From NCBI GenBank assembly GCA_963730935.1, contig CAVSTP010000003.1, positions 96,001 through 160,000 of the forward strand: a stretch of DNA of 64,000 bases, in the 5' to 3' direction. Shown in pieces: positions 32,025 through 41,364 of the stretch. The DNA comes from an uncultured Nitrospiraceae bacterium (GTDB taxonomy: Bacteria; Nitrospirota; Nitrospiria; Nitrospirales; Nitrospiraceae). Under the pieces are notes generated by a model. The model was not told where the DNA came from, made no database searches, and was given only the letters and a program-made list of their open reading frames with translations. The translations under genes and the position numbers were made by a program. Position 1 is the first letter of the stretch. Each line of letters begins with the position of its first letter.

Positions 32025-32360
32025 GGTCAACCTCCCTTTTCGAATCAACTATGTCAAACGTATCTGTCGGCTGTCGGTGACGGCTAATAACCAGCTTCAG
32101 AAGCAAATTCTACTCACGCCTACGAATAACATTGTTCGTGTGTGCCTTACCCATTCACAAAAAAAGAACCACGCATCGCCCAATGCCATCCAACACTCCA
32201 GCCAGTTATCGATGGATTTCCTTCTTTTTGCGTTTCGAGACACACAAATCGGCATCTCGTTAATCGATATCAGGCGCGCCGTTCACCACACCGGATATCG
32301 GTCGATCCAGGGAAGTCGTCGTCCCATGATCCATCTCGATAACGGGTGTTTCAGAACAAT

Positions 32361-32795
32361 CTACGGGGAGATTATGAAAGGGGGTGCACGAGAGGCTTGA
32401 TGACCACCTAAGAGATCAAACTTGCGGTGTCGGGCCGGCGATTCAAAAGCCGATGTGGCGAGTGATGGCCTATTGGACTGGAAGGAGGCTAGGTAGAGCG
32501 GACTTGGTTCGCCATACCCTCGTTTTTTGGCATCCTCTTCTGTTGAAAGAACGAATCCAAGCTCCGGGGAGTTTTGGGATCTGGTCGACAGGTGAAAGCC
32601 ACTGCTCTGAGCGCGGGAAAACTCACCGGGGAGATCGGGAGAGAAAACCGTATGGGCTAAACCCTGATGGGACGCTCGTCCATCATTTACGTCTGGCAGA
32701 TGAGTATGGAACAGAGGGACGGTCGCAACCCACGTGATCACCCACGCCAGAGTTAGAAGCTGCAAGCAGGTTTTCGTTCGAATTCTTAAGGGCAT
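32361..32795 (-). CDS. Hypothetical membrane-anchored protein
   Basis: One TM helix followed by VPLFHTHLP...AHTVFSPDLPGEF; C-terminal RAPP. Confidence 0.65.
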   Translation of the reverse strand: MPLRIRTKTCLQLLTLAWVITWVATVPLFHTHLPDVNDGRASHQGLAHTVFSPDLPGEFSRAQSSGFHLSTRSQNSPELGFVLSTEEDAKKRGYGEPSPLYLASFQSNRPSLATSAFESPARHRKFDLLGGHQASRAPPFIISP

Positions 32796-33326
32796 GCGCA
32801 CCCTCCGCACTCGAAATCTGAAGAGCCAGGCTCCATTTAATCCATTACTGGCTGGGCGGCTTCAACTTGAACCTCATTCATGGGAAAACATTCCCAAGAA
32901 TGAGTCGAAGGGTAGCTCCTTACAAGTATTGGTGTCAATGAGATTGTATAGCGGCGGGCAACACCACCATTTCTTCATCCTCATCATAAACGCTGCTAGC
33001 AGGATAGGACAAACCAGTACACCTGCTTTCTAGATTCTTGCAGGGGTACGTGGTCCGAGGGTGGATCTTCTAAACTTCGTATCACGGCAGGCCGCTGGTT
33101 CAAACGGGTCGCCGGCTCGCTCCTTCCAATAGGTTCTTCTCCCTCACGGTTTGTGTACGTACTTCCCGCCCTAGGCAACGTCCTAGGCTACGAATCACAT
33201 GATCTCATATTAAGATTTAGCATCTCCCAAGATTTGCCTAGAGGCTCTCAATTAAGAATGGATGATGAGCATGGCAACCCGATCACCACAATGTCCCACC
33301 AAAACAGCTAGCTCGGAGGTGCTGAC

Positions 33327-33428
33327 ATGACTTACCGGACGCAACTCTGGATCATGACCGTGCTGTACGCCTTGACCACGGCAGTCATGTTCTATTGGGT
33401 GACGTTGTTCATGACGATGACATCCTAG
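33327..33428 (+). CDS. 33-aa single-TM micropeptide (absent from ORF track)
   Basis: GGAGGTG RBS; MTYRTQLWIMTVLYALTTAVMFYWVTLFMTMTS. Confidence 0.55.
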   Translation: MTYRTQLWIMTVLYALTTAVMFYWVTLFMTMTS

Positions 33429-33832
33429 GACGTAGAGCCTGAGCTGATACTTTTATCGGTCACCGGTAGGCGGACATGCGTAATTCTTTGGCCCTACATT
33501 GGCGATTGGACTCCGCCAGCGCTGACGACAACCAATGTTCCACTGAACGAGCGCAGACATCACCGGCCGGGTGCATGTCTTCACGAGGACGGTGCTATGC
33601 ACTCTTGGCATCCTAGCGGTTATGGCCTATTGGTTGTTCTTGATGATAGCGATGCCGGAGACACAGCTTGGGCCTGCGATGTTCTTGGACCGATAACGAT
33701 TCCTCCTTGGTTCGGCACTTCTGTTCGTCATCGCAGACGCGACATGTCTAGTCTCTGTGTCCGAAGCGTTTTGAAATACAACTGTCGTTTGTTGAACCTT
33801 GTACCTGTCTTCTTCACGCAATCCCCCCTTCC

Positions 33833-33880
33833 ACTGATTCGTGCCGCAGGTCGCTGGTTCGATTCCAGTCGCCGGCTCCA
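33833..33880 (+). pseudogene. 3' remnant of tRNA-Thr(CGT); att-like scar
   Basis: ACTGATTCGT...AGGTC-GCTGG-TTCGATT-CCAGT-CGCCGGC-T-CCA: intact T-arm, 3' acceptor strand and CCA; D-arm and 5' acceptor strand absent. Confidence 0.75.
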
Positions 33881-34013
33881 TTCCATGCTTGCCCCCGACC
33901 AGGGGGTCGTGCTCTGTAGCCTGTTAACTCATCGGTAACAGGCTCATAACACAATCGTAATAGCATGCCCGTATGCTGATCTCTCCCTTCTTCCCACTTC
34001 CAGGGAGGTCCGC

Positions 34014-35606
34014 ATGCAAGCAACGGTTGCCGTCTCTCCACTTGCGTCCTATTCGTCCAGCCGCCCGACAATTCTCCTGATCGCCGCCGCCTTGGCTGCA
34101 GGGGTGCTTTATGCAGGACATGCGCTGTTTCTCGATCTCTCCTCTATCCGAGTGGGGGCAAGCTTCCCCTATGTCATGTTAGGGATCGCGTTGCTCATTG
34201 CCCTCGGCTTTGAATTCGTCAATGGCTTTCACGATACAGCCAACGCGGTTGCCACGGTGATCTACACCAATTCCCTTCAGCCACAGGCGGCCGTGCTATG
34301 GTCCGGAATGTGGAATTTTCTCGGCGTCCTGTTTTCAAGCGGCGCGGTGGCGTTTGGCATCATTGCGCTATTGCCCGTGGAACTGATTCTCCAAGTGGGC
34401 AGTGGGGCGGGCTTTGCTATGGTGTTTTCGCTGCTGCTGGCGGCTATCCTGTGGAACCTAGGGACGTGGTATCTCGGCTTGCCGGCATCCAGTTCCCATA
34501 CGCTGATCGGGTCGATCATCGGGGTAGGATTGGCCAATCAACTCATGCAGCCATCCAGTGCGACAAGCGGGGTCGAGTGGAGTCAGGTGACAAAGGTCGG
34601 GTACTCGTTGCTGTTATCGCCGTTGATCGGCTTCACGTGTGCGGCGATACTCTTACTCCTCATGAAAGTGTTGACGAAGAATCCGGCGTTGTTCCGGGCG
34701 CCGGTAGGCAACACCCCTCCGCCGGCCTGGATTCGTGGACTTCTCATCTTGACCTGCACTGGCGTCAGCTTCGCGCACGGCTCCAACGACGGGCAAAAAG
34801 GCATGGGCTTGATCATGCTCATCCTCATCGGGACGGTGCCCATGGCCTACGCCCTCGACCGTGCCGTGCCGGCCAAGGGAGTGGAACAGTTTGTCACTGC
34901 CACCCAGCAGGCCTCTCAAGTCCTGGCTACTCATGAGTCCGGCATCCGCCCGATCGCCTCGGTGGATGCTCATGAGGAGGTGACTCGGTATATTCAAACA
35001 GGAAAGAGTGACTCCAACACCATTACCTCTCTTCGGGGTTTGATGGGCTCGATTGCCACCCAAGTGTCACACTATGCAACTTATGGTGACGTGCCGGATG
35101 AGATGAGAGGCAACATCCGCAACGATATGTATTTAACGAACGAAGCCTTACGGCGCGTCGACAAACAGAAGAGCTTCGGCTTGACGACCGAGGAGACGCA
35201 AGTTTTGAAGCGGTATCGCCAGGAACTGGACCGCGCGACCAAATTCATTCCCACCTGGGTCAAGGTGATCGTGGCCATCGCGCTGGGTTTGGGCACGATG
35301 GTGGCCTGGAAACGGATTGTCGTGACGGTGGGCGAACGGATTGGCAAAAGCCATCTCACGTATGGGCAGGGCGGGGCGGCCGAGCTGGTTGCCATGACAA
35401 CAATTGGAGCGGCCGATGCGTTTGGGTTGCCGGTCAGCACGACACAGGTGCTGTCTTCCGGCGTCGCCGGTACGATGGCAGCGAATCGGTCGGGACTTCA
35501 AGCGACGACGATCCGGAATATCTTCGCGGCATGGATTCTGACGCTACCCATGTCGATCGTGCTTGCCGGCGGACTGTTTATCATTTTGAGAACTCTCGCA
35601 TCCTGA
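34014..35606 (+). CDS. pitA: PiT-family inorganic phosphate transporter
   Basis: NGFHDTANAVAT, LPASSSHTLIG, AHGSNDGQK, LPVSTTQ. Confidence 0.93.
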   Translation: MQATVAVSPLASYSSSRPTILLIAAALAAGVLYAGHALFLDLSSIRVGASFPYVMLGIALLIALGFEFVNGFHDTANAVATVIYTNSLQPQAAVLWSGMWNFLGVLFSSGAVAFGIIALLPVELILQVGSGAGFAMVFSLLLAAILWNLGTWYLGLPASSSHTLIGSIIGVGLANQLMQPSSATSGVEWSQVTKVGYSLLLSPLIGFTCAAILLLLMKVLTKNPALFRAPVGNTPPPAWIRGLLILTCTGVSFAHGSNDGQKGMGLIMLILIGTVPMAYALDRAVPAKGVEQFVTATQQASQVLATHESGIRPIASVDAHEEVTRYIQTGKSDSNTITSLRGLMGSIATQVSHYATYGDVPDEMRGNIRNDMYLTNEALRRVDKQKSFGLTTEETQVLKRYRQELDRATKFIPTWVKVIVAIALGLGTMVAWKRIVVTVGERIGKSHLTYGQGGAAELVAMTTIGAADAFGLPVSTTQVLSSGVAGTMAANRSGLQATTIRNIFAAWILTLPMSIVLAGGLFIILRTLAS

Positions 35607-35742
35607 GGCCTTTGCTGCCCGTGATTCTCCTCGCGCTGCCAAAATCACTTTCTGGCATTCTCGGGCACTGACCTGCGGGTTGTTGCTGCCTTTCTAAAAC
35701 GCATGGCAGGGCAAGAGGTTAAGAATTCCGCCTACTGCGAAG

Positions 35743-36297
35743 TTATTTACCGCCCGGTAAGATACGGTTCGCCAACCAGAAGACGTATGTGCCGTACCAA
35801 ATCGTCGGGGACCAGGACACAACGGCAAACGTCCATGTCACATTCTCCAACCCGCGAGCAAGCCAAGCCAGGATCACGAAGAGCACCATCAGTACCGAGT
35901 GTGGAAGAATTGCCCACAGGAATCGGCGGTTGGGCGTGAAGTGATAGGCGACAATCAAGGCGCCGACCACCGCGAGCAAGGCATAGCAAGTAAACAACTT
36001 TCGATCCGACGCCTGCCAATAGGCTGCACCGAATACCACAGCAATGGCTGCATCCAACATCGTATCCCGCCAATTGCCCTGGGGGAGTTGGTCGGAGCCG
36101 AGATCGCTCTGCAAGTAGAAGAAGTCGATGCAATAGAGGAGCGTGACGGAGATTTCAACGGCCTGGAGCGGTCCCCATCCCTCTGTGACATGGAGTACAT
36201 CATAAAGCATCGATCCGAGCACAGCCGGATATAACTGCGTGTAGGTGAATCGATGCCAGGCTGAGAGCTCTTTGAGTCGCACTAGCGAGTGGAACAC
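35743..36297 (-). CDS. Multi-TM (about 6) hypothetical membrane protein, downstream of and co-oriented with the TIR gene
   Basis: Hydrophobic segments; QLYPAVLGSMLY; true start uncertain (see findings). Confidence 0.7.
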   Translation of the reverse strand: MFHSLVRLKELSAWHRFTYTQLYPAVLGSMLYDVLHVTEGWGPLQAVEISVTLLYCIDFFYLQSDLGSDQLPQGNWRDTMLDAAIAVVFGAAYWQASDRKLFTCYALLAVVGALIVAYHFTPNRRFLWAILPHSVLMVLFVILAWLARGLENVTWTFAVVSWSPTIWYGTYVFWLANRILPGGK

Positions 36298-36357
36298 AGC
36301 AGCGGGGCAACTGCTGGCTCCACCACAATGTTGGGGCGTGCATTCATGCGTCGAGAA

Positions 36358-37281
36358 CTACCTGTACCACTTTCCAGTTGCCTTGGAGTAAATGTTACCA
36401 CCGACATCACTTGAGAGGTGTCCACGGAGGACGCCAGGCTCGTCAGGGGGACAGTGAATGAATAGATCGATCTCCCGCGCGCCTCGCAAATCGGGCTCGA
36501 ATCCGTCCCGCTGGGGAGGGTCACCTTCCAATCTGATGCGCTGCCGACTTTGCAACCCGTTGCGGATTTTCATGCTTCCATCGCCCAACACTTTGACATC
36601 GATCACTCGGTCACTGATCTCAAACTCAGCGTAGCAACCACCAATCTGGACTTGGAAATTGCCGAAAAAGCAGCCGGTGCCACCATCTCCATCGGATGAG
36701 ATTTGCAGAATCGTCTTTCCACTAAGAGCGGCGTAATCTGGGTCTTTGAATTGGATGCGGCGCCACACTTGGTACACGATCTCAGTGTGCCATACCCCTG
36801 AGTATCCATGCAGCTGACAGGTCGGCGCAAATCCAACCTGGACAGTGGGGAGCTCAGTCGCCCATGATTTGAGCTTCACGCTCGCTTGATGATCGAGGGG
36901 CCTGGTTGGTTCAAACGTACCCATGGGAACATAGGTGAGTCCTGCGAAGTCTGAGGGTAGCTCAACACCGGAGTACAGGCAGAGTGCAACCCTCCTCCGA
37001 GTCAGCATCGCGGTGAGATACCCGTACTCAAACAACACGTTCGCTCGGGGCGTCCTGACACGCCTCTCGCGAATGACGGAATCATCGTCAGGTGTCGCAA
37101 GGAAAACTGCACCGGCGACTCGACTCGCAATGTTTTCGATGCCCATGAAGGTGATGTCGCCGAGCTTGAAGACCTCTGTCCACAGCAGGGGCTTTACGTC
37201 CTTGGCTTCCGAGAGGACAGCAACCACCTGCATGGCTTGATCGAGTCCTTCTTTGCTGCTTCCAACAAAGATCTCCTTCAA
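36358..37281 (-). CDS. TIR-domain protein (Cap12/Pycsar-type TIR) fused to a beta-rich C-terminal domain
   Basis: IFVGSSKEG, AVFLATPDD, PRANVLFEYG (catalytic Glu), LPSDFAGLTY; C-domain begins YSGVW; AAAAGGAG RBS. Confidence 0.85.
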   Translation of the reverse strand: MKEIFVGSSKEGLDQAMQVVAVLSEAKDVKPLLWTEVFKLGDITFMGIENIASRVAGAVFLATPDDDSVIRERRVRTPRANVLFEYGYLTAMLTRRRVALCLYSGVELPSDFAGLTYVPMGTFEPTRPLDHQASVKLKSWATELPTVQVGFAPTCQLHGYSGVWHTEIVYQVWRRIQFKDPDYAALSGKTILQISSDGDGGTGCFFGNFQVQIGGCYAEFEISDRVIDVKVLGDGSMKIRNGLQSRQRIRLEGDPPQRDGFEPDLRGAREIDLFIHCPPDEPGVLRGHLSSDVGGNIYSKATGKWYR

Positions 37282-37590
37282 CGTGCGCTCCTTTTAGAAA
37301 ATGGCGTCGTCCCCCTAGCCACGTCGTCTGTTGCGGCTCCCTAGCAGTCAGCCATCAACACTTTTAGTGGTCGCCATCGTGCCCTGTCGGCGTGAGTGTG
37401 TCAACGAGGGCTGGATTCTAGAGTGTTTGGCTTTTCATGGCGCGCGTCCTCCCATTCCATACAGATCCAGGGTGGCCTTAACAATAAGAACTTACTCACA
37501 CAGTGATCCCGCAACAAGGGAATGTGCTAGGGGTGCCCACAGTGCTGAGCCCTTAAAATAGAGAGATGCACCAACCTGGGGGAGGCTCTC

Positions 37591-37758
37591 ATGGAACGTC
37601 AACCTTCTTCCGTGCGTGATCCTGTCTGCGGGATGGAAATCAACCCGCAAAATGCAGTCGCAACAACCGGCTATCAGGGGCAAACCTTTTACTTCTGTAC
37701 AGCCGAGTGCCAAGAGCAGTTTGAACAGAGTCCAGAACGCTACGTGAAAGCAGCCTAG
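37591..37758 (+). CDS. Stand-alone YHS-domain protein (absent from ORF track)
   Basis: GGAGG RBS; RDPVCGMEI...YQGQTFYFCTAECQEQFEQSPERY. Confidence 0.88.
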   Translation: MERQPSSVRDPVCGMEINPQNAVATTGYQGQTFYFCTAECQEQFEQSPERYVKAA

Positions 37759-37820
37759 GAGTACGGACGTCCGGGATTGAACCTTTTTCGGTTGAAATCT
37801 TTATCAGTAGGGAGGGTGCT

Positions 37821-37982
37821 ATGCTGTGTGAACAATGCCACACCCTAATGATTGAACGGCCCGTCACCCGAGAGGTGGAAGACGTTCCCCATGAACAGGC
37901 TATCGTCCTGGAGTGCCCGCAGTGCGGCCATACCGAATATCAGCCGGTGATTGCCTCGTTTTGGAGAAGATTGGCGGCGTAG
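37821..37982 (+). CDS. Small zinc-ribbon protein (absent from ORF track)
   Basis: GGAGG RBS; MLCEQCHTLM...LECPQCGHTEY. Confidence 0.72.
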   Translation: MLCEQCHTLMIERPVTREVEDVPHEQAIVLECPQCGHTEYQPVIASFWRRLAA

Positions 37983-38492
37983 TTCATATCATTCCAATAT
38001 GTGGCATAGGGCGGCTCCCTAGCCTATCCGCCGGATTCCCCTTCCTCGATAACGCTCGCCGTCAGCCGGTTTCCTATCCGGTTCCAGGACACGACGGCTC
38101 CCGGCTCAGTCAGCGGTCCCATTTCGGTCGGTATTACGGATTAGCAGCCTGGCGAGCCAGCCGCCTTTTCAAGGCGGCCGGAGAACATCGGCATGAAGCT
38201 CTAGATGTGACGGAGCAGGAAATACCCCTTAATAGCACTGGAGATTGAGTTCACGAGAGGAGACGAGTTCGAGTCGTTTGACGCTGGGCAAGGTGCGTGA
38301 TACCCTACGAGGACCGTACGAGCTTCTTGTCCCTCGCGCTTTCCCACTCTCCCGTTGTTTTGCGCGATCCCTTCACTTCGCTCTTACGCTTCCCGTCCCG
38401 AGGTAACGTCCATCGGTCGGAGAGAAAGCTATCAGTGTCGGTTCTGAGGCAAGGGTGTGCTCGGTGGATTGCCACGCAAGAGGAGTGCCTAG

Positions 38493-38747
38493 ATGAAAAC
38501 CACCAACAAGAAATATAAGCGGACCTATAAACCGAAAATCCCATGGGACCTGCTTGGTTTGTCCGATCCCAGCCTTGCCGAAACGACCACCTCGATCGAA
38601 ACGATCAGGAAAGAGGTGTCCTTGCTTGCGAATCGAGGCTTTGGGGAGGAAACCACCTTGCGAACCACAGCGCAGAATGCGAAGGGACGTGGTCAGGGCC
38701 GTCAACCCGGTGGAAGCCGAACTCGTCGTCGTGGCGCGACCGAATAG
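38493..38747 (+). CDS. Basic hypothetical protein
   Basis: GAGGAG RBS; 84-aa ORF. Confidence 0.45.
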   Translation: MKTTNKKYKRTYKPKIPWDLLGLSDPSLAETTTSIETIRKEVSLLANRGFGEETTLRTTAQNAKGRGQGRQPGGSRTRRRGATE

Positions 38748-38809
38748 AGCACACCATACCTGTCTCAAAGCGAGTAGAGGCTTCCAATGCAATGGGAAAG
38801 GGGAATCCC

Positions 38810-39097
38810 ATGAGTCGCTTGAACATGGACCCGCTGCTCACCTTTCAAGACGGATCGCATCTGGTGATCAGCACGCAATGTTCCAAAGAGGGGAATTTTT
38901 CCTGCGCCCTATACACAGTTCTCCTCTCAGCCGATGATGGCGCCGCCTTTCGGATTGTTTCCACGCATCTGGAAGCGGAGACATGCCTGAGGGCCCAAGC
39001 CTATGCCTACGAGCATGCCGCTCAACTGTATCCGCGCACGTCTCATATGATGAAGAAGCCCCCATATCTCATATGGCATGGACCGAGGAATGCATGA
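38810..39097 (+). CDS. Hypothetical protein
   Basis: Internal ATG with AAGGGG RBS; MSRLNMDPLLTF...KKPPYLIW. Confidence 0.6.
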   Translation: MSRLNMDPLLTFQDGSHLVISTQCSKEGNFSCALYTVLLSADDGAAFRIVSTHLEAETCLRAQAYAYEHAAQLYPRTSHMMKKPPYLIWHGPRNA

Positions 39098-39129
39098 CGA
39101 ACTGCGCGCATGGCATGACCTAAGCCAGA

Positions 39130-39158
39130 TTGCTAATTGTTTCAGGACTTGCTACAGT
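39130..39158 (+). promoter_or_regulatory. Sigma70-type promoter of the RRM gene
   Basis: TTGCTA-17 nt-TACAGT with extended TG. Confidence 0.5.
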
Positions 39159-39345
39159 GAGCTACTTTCATGGCGGCGGGCCTCGCATGGAAGATGAACG
39201 AAACGGCCCATCACCGATGTTGTTGTCACCGAGAGTGTGATCGGAAGCCTGACCCAAGCCGCCTCCCTCGATTGCGTCTTCGGCCCTCTCCTTCCCTAAC
39301 CGTTCTCGTGTTTCAGACAATGTCATTTTAGAAGGAGGAACCCCC

Positions 39346-39669
39346 ATGGGTTCAAAACTATACGTTGGCGGCTTGCCTTATGCGGCCACCGAAACTCAGC
39401 TCACCACCTTGTTTGCCGCACACGGTACCGTTGCATCGGCGCGTGTCATCGCAGATAAGTTTACCGGACAGTCACGCGGCTTCGGCTTCGTCGAGATGTC
39501 CACGCAGGAAGAGGCGCAGGCAGCCATTGCCGCTTTGAATGGCACGCAAATGGACGGCCGGTCCTTGACCGTCAACGAAGCGAAGCCGCAGGAACCTCGT
39601 TCCGGCGGAGGCGGTCGCTTCAGCGGAGGTGGACGAGGAAGCGATTTCGGCGGTCGGAATCGATACTAA
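39346..39669 (+). CDS. RRM RNA-binding protein with Gly-rich tail
   Basis: RNP2 LYVGGL; RNP1 RGFGFVEM; LTVNEAKP. Confidence 0.95.
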   Translation: MGSKLYVGGLPYAATETQLTTLFAAHGTVASARVIADKFTGQSRGFGFVEMSTQEEAQAAIAALNGTQMDGRSLTVNEAKPQEPRSGGGGRFSGGGRGSDFGGRNRY

Positions 39670-39735
39670 GGTCAACGACGTGACACGCGGGGCGCCTCGG
39701 CAGGCGCACCGAATCCATCACATTCGCGACTATTG

Positions 39736-39769
39736 AAAGGCTCGCCCCGCCGGGGCGAGCCTTTTTTTT
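39736..39769 (+). terminator. Intrinsic terminator
   Basis: AAAGGCTCGCCCC-GCC-GGGGCGAGCC followed by T8. Confidence 0.9.
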
Positions 39770-39943
39770 GCTGCGTGACGGACTCTCGCCGGCCATTGCG
39801 GCCAATCAGCGAGCGTTCAAACAGACACCAGTCAAACACAGTCCTCACCATCCGAATTTGGTACCATGCTGGGATAAATCGATCACGAGCGCACCCTTGA
39901 CAGGAGCACGGGAAGCGATGAAATTTGAACAGGGGAGATACAC

Positions 39944-40654
39944 ATGCGGATTGGAGTGATCGGCGCTGGAAGCATGGGAGGGATACTTGCGCGCCACCTC
40001 GCCAAGCTCGGACATCAAGTCTCGATTGCGAACTCGAGGGGACCGGAGAGTCTGACCGCGTTGGCGGCGGAGATCGACGCGACGCCCGTTTCCGTTGTCG
40101 ATGCCGCCAAAGCCGGAGAGCTCGTCATCATCGCGATCCCAACGAAGGCCGTCGCCGATCTTCCGCAGCCGCTGTTTGCGAACGTATCGAGCAGCGTCAT
40201 CGTCATCGATATCGGCAACTACCATCCCGAGCTTCGCGATGGCCGCATCGATGCGATCGACCGCGGCATGCTCGATAGTCAGTGGGTCGCGCGGCAGATC
40301 GGTCGTCCGGTGATCAAGGCCTTCAACAGCATCTTTGCCAAAAGCCTTCTCGAAAATGGGGTTCCGAGGGGAACGAAGGGTCGGATCGCTCTCTCGGTCG
40401 CCGGCGATTCGTTGGACGCCAAGGCAGCTGTGCTTCGCCTCGTCGACGATCTTGGCTTCGACCCTGTCGATGGTGGTGATCTGGACAACTCATGGCGGCA
40501 GCAGCCCGGAACGCCGGCATACTGCCAGGACCTTGAAGCCGCTGCTCTCCGGCGTGCGCTCACGGAAGCTGATCGAAGCCGGATTGCGGAATACCGCGCC
40601 GAACAGGAGGCGCGCATCAGGAGGTCTATGGCGACGGAGACAACGGAAGGATAA
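39944..40654 (+). CDS. NADP oxidoreductase (F420_oxidored family)
   Basis: IGVIGAGSMG, ANSRGPESL, IDIGNY, IKAFN, SWRQQPGTPAY. Confidence 0.9.
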   Translation: MRIGVIGAGSMGGILARHLAKLGHQVSIANSRGPESLTALAAEIDATPVSVVDAAKAGELVIIAIPTKAVADLPQPLFANVSSSVIVIDIGNYHPELRDGRIDAIDRGMLDSQWVARQIGRPVIKAFNSIFAKSLLENGVPRGTKGRIALSVAGDSLDAKAAVLRLVDDLGFDPVDGGDLDNSWRQQPGTPAYCQDLEAAALRRALTEADRSRIAEYRAEQEARIRRSMATETTEG

Positions 40655-40709
40655 GCGTATCCGTGGAGAGCACTTGCACAGGAGTCGCAGCTTAAAGGAG
40701 GAATTGCAC

Positions 40710-41093
40710 CTACATCGCTGCATGAATGCCGATTACTTTTTTAATTGCCGGGTAGAGTTCTTCCAAAGCGCTGGACTTTTGATAGACCCCTGCGGCTCCT
40801 GCCTTCTCCATCGCATCGGTGTTGTATCCATACGCGTACTCTGACAAGCCGATCACGTTCACAAGGGGATACTTGACTCTAATCTCGCGAGCCGCGGCGA
40901 TCCCATCCAATCCTGGCATGCGAATGTCCATAACCACAATATCCGGTTGAAGTCTCTCCACGGCGGAAATCGCTTCGTAGCCGGTCGCTGCCTCCCCAAC
41001 CAATTCCACATCTGGGTAGCTTGCGAGGATCTGTTTGAGAATCCGGCGGACCAAGGATTCATCATCTACGAGCAACACGCGTGTAGTAGCCAT
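40710..41093 (-). CDS. Single-domain receiver (REC only)
   Basis: RVLLVDDE, VVMDIRMPGLDG, VYQK; close paralog of 46092-46484. Confidence 0.9.
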   Translation of the reverse strand: MATTRVLLVDDESLVRRILKQILASYPDVELVGEAATGYEAISAVERLQPDIVVMDIRMPGLDGIAAAREIRVKYPLVNVIGLSEYAYGYNTDAMEKAGAAGVYQKSSALEELYPAIKKVIGIHAAM

Positions 41094-41186
41094 CGTTCAA
41101 CCTCCCCGATATTAAAGTGGGGAACTAACCAAACATAGCATGCCGGACTGTGATAGTTTACTAGAGAAATCGATAGGTTACATCAT

Positions 41187-41202
41187 CCTACAGCGTTGTA
41201 GG
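41187..41202. promoter_or_regulatory. Palindromic operator CCTACA-N4-TGTAGG
   Basis: CCTACAGCGTTGTAGG; recurs at 46577 and 62880. Confidence 0.55.
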
Positions 41203-41364
41203 CTGTGACGTACGGAGGAAATTGGAAAAGTCAGTCGCCAATCATGAATCTGACGGGCTAGTAGGCCGTCGCTGACATTTCTGTCAGCCAAAAAGTACAA
41301 AAACCCTGAAAATTGTGCTTGATGCGGCAAACCAATCGGATATTCTGAAGATTGGCCTCTTCAG

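Noticed and set aside
33627..33881. ORF starting MEPATGIEPAT
   Set aside because: Typical antisense translation of a tRNA T-arm/acceptor; not a protein
35743..37281. Calling the TIR locus CBASS, Pycsar or Thoeris
   Set aside because: No cyclase, ThsA-like, or recognisable STING/cNMP-binding domain is present
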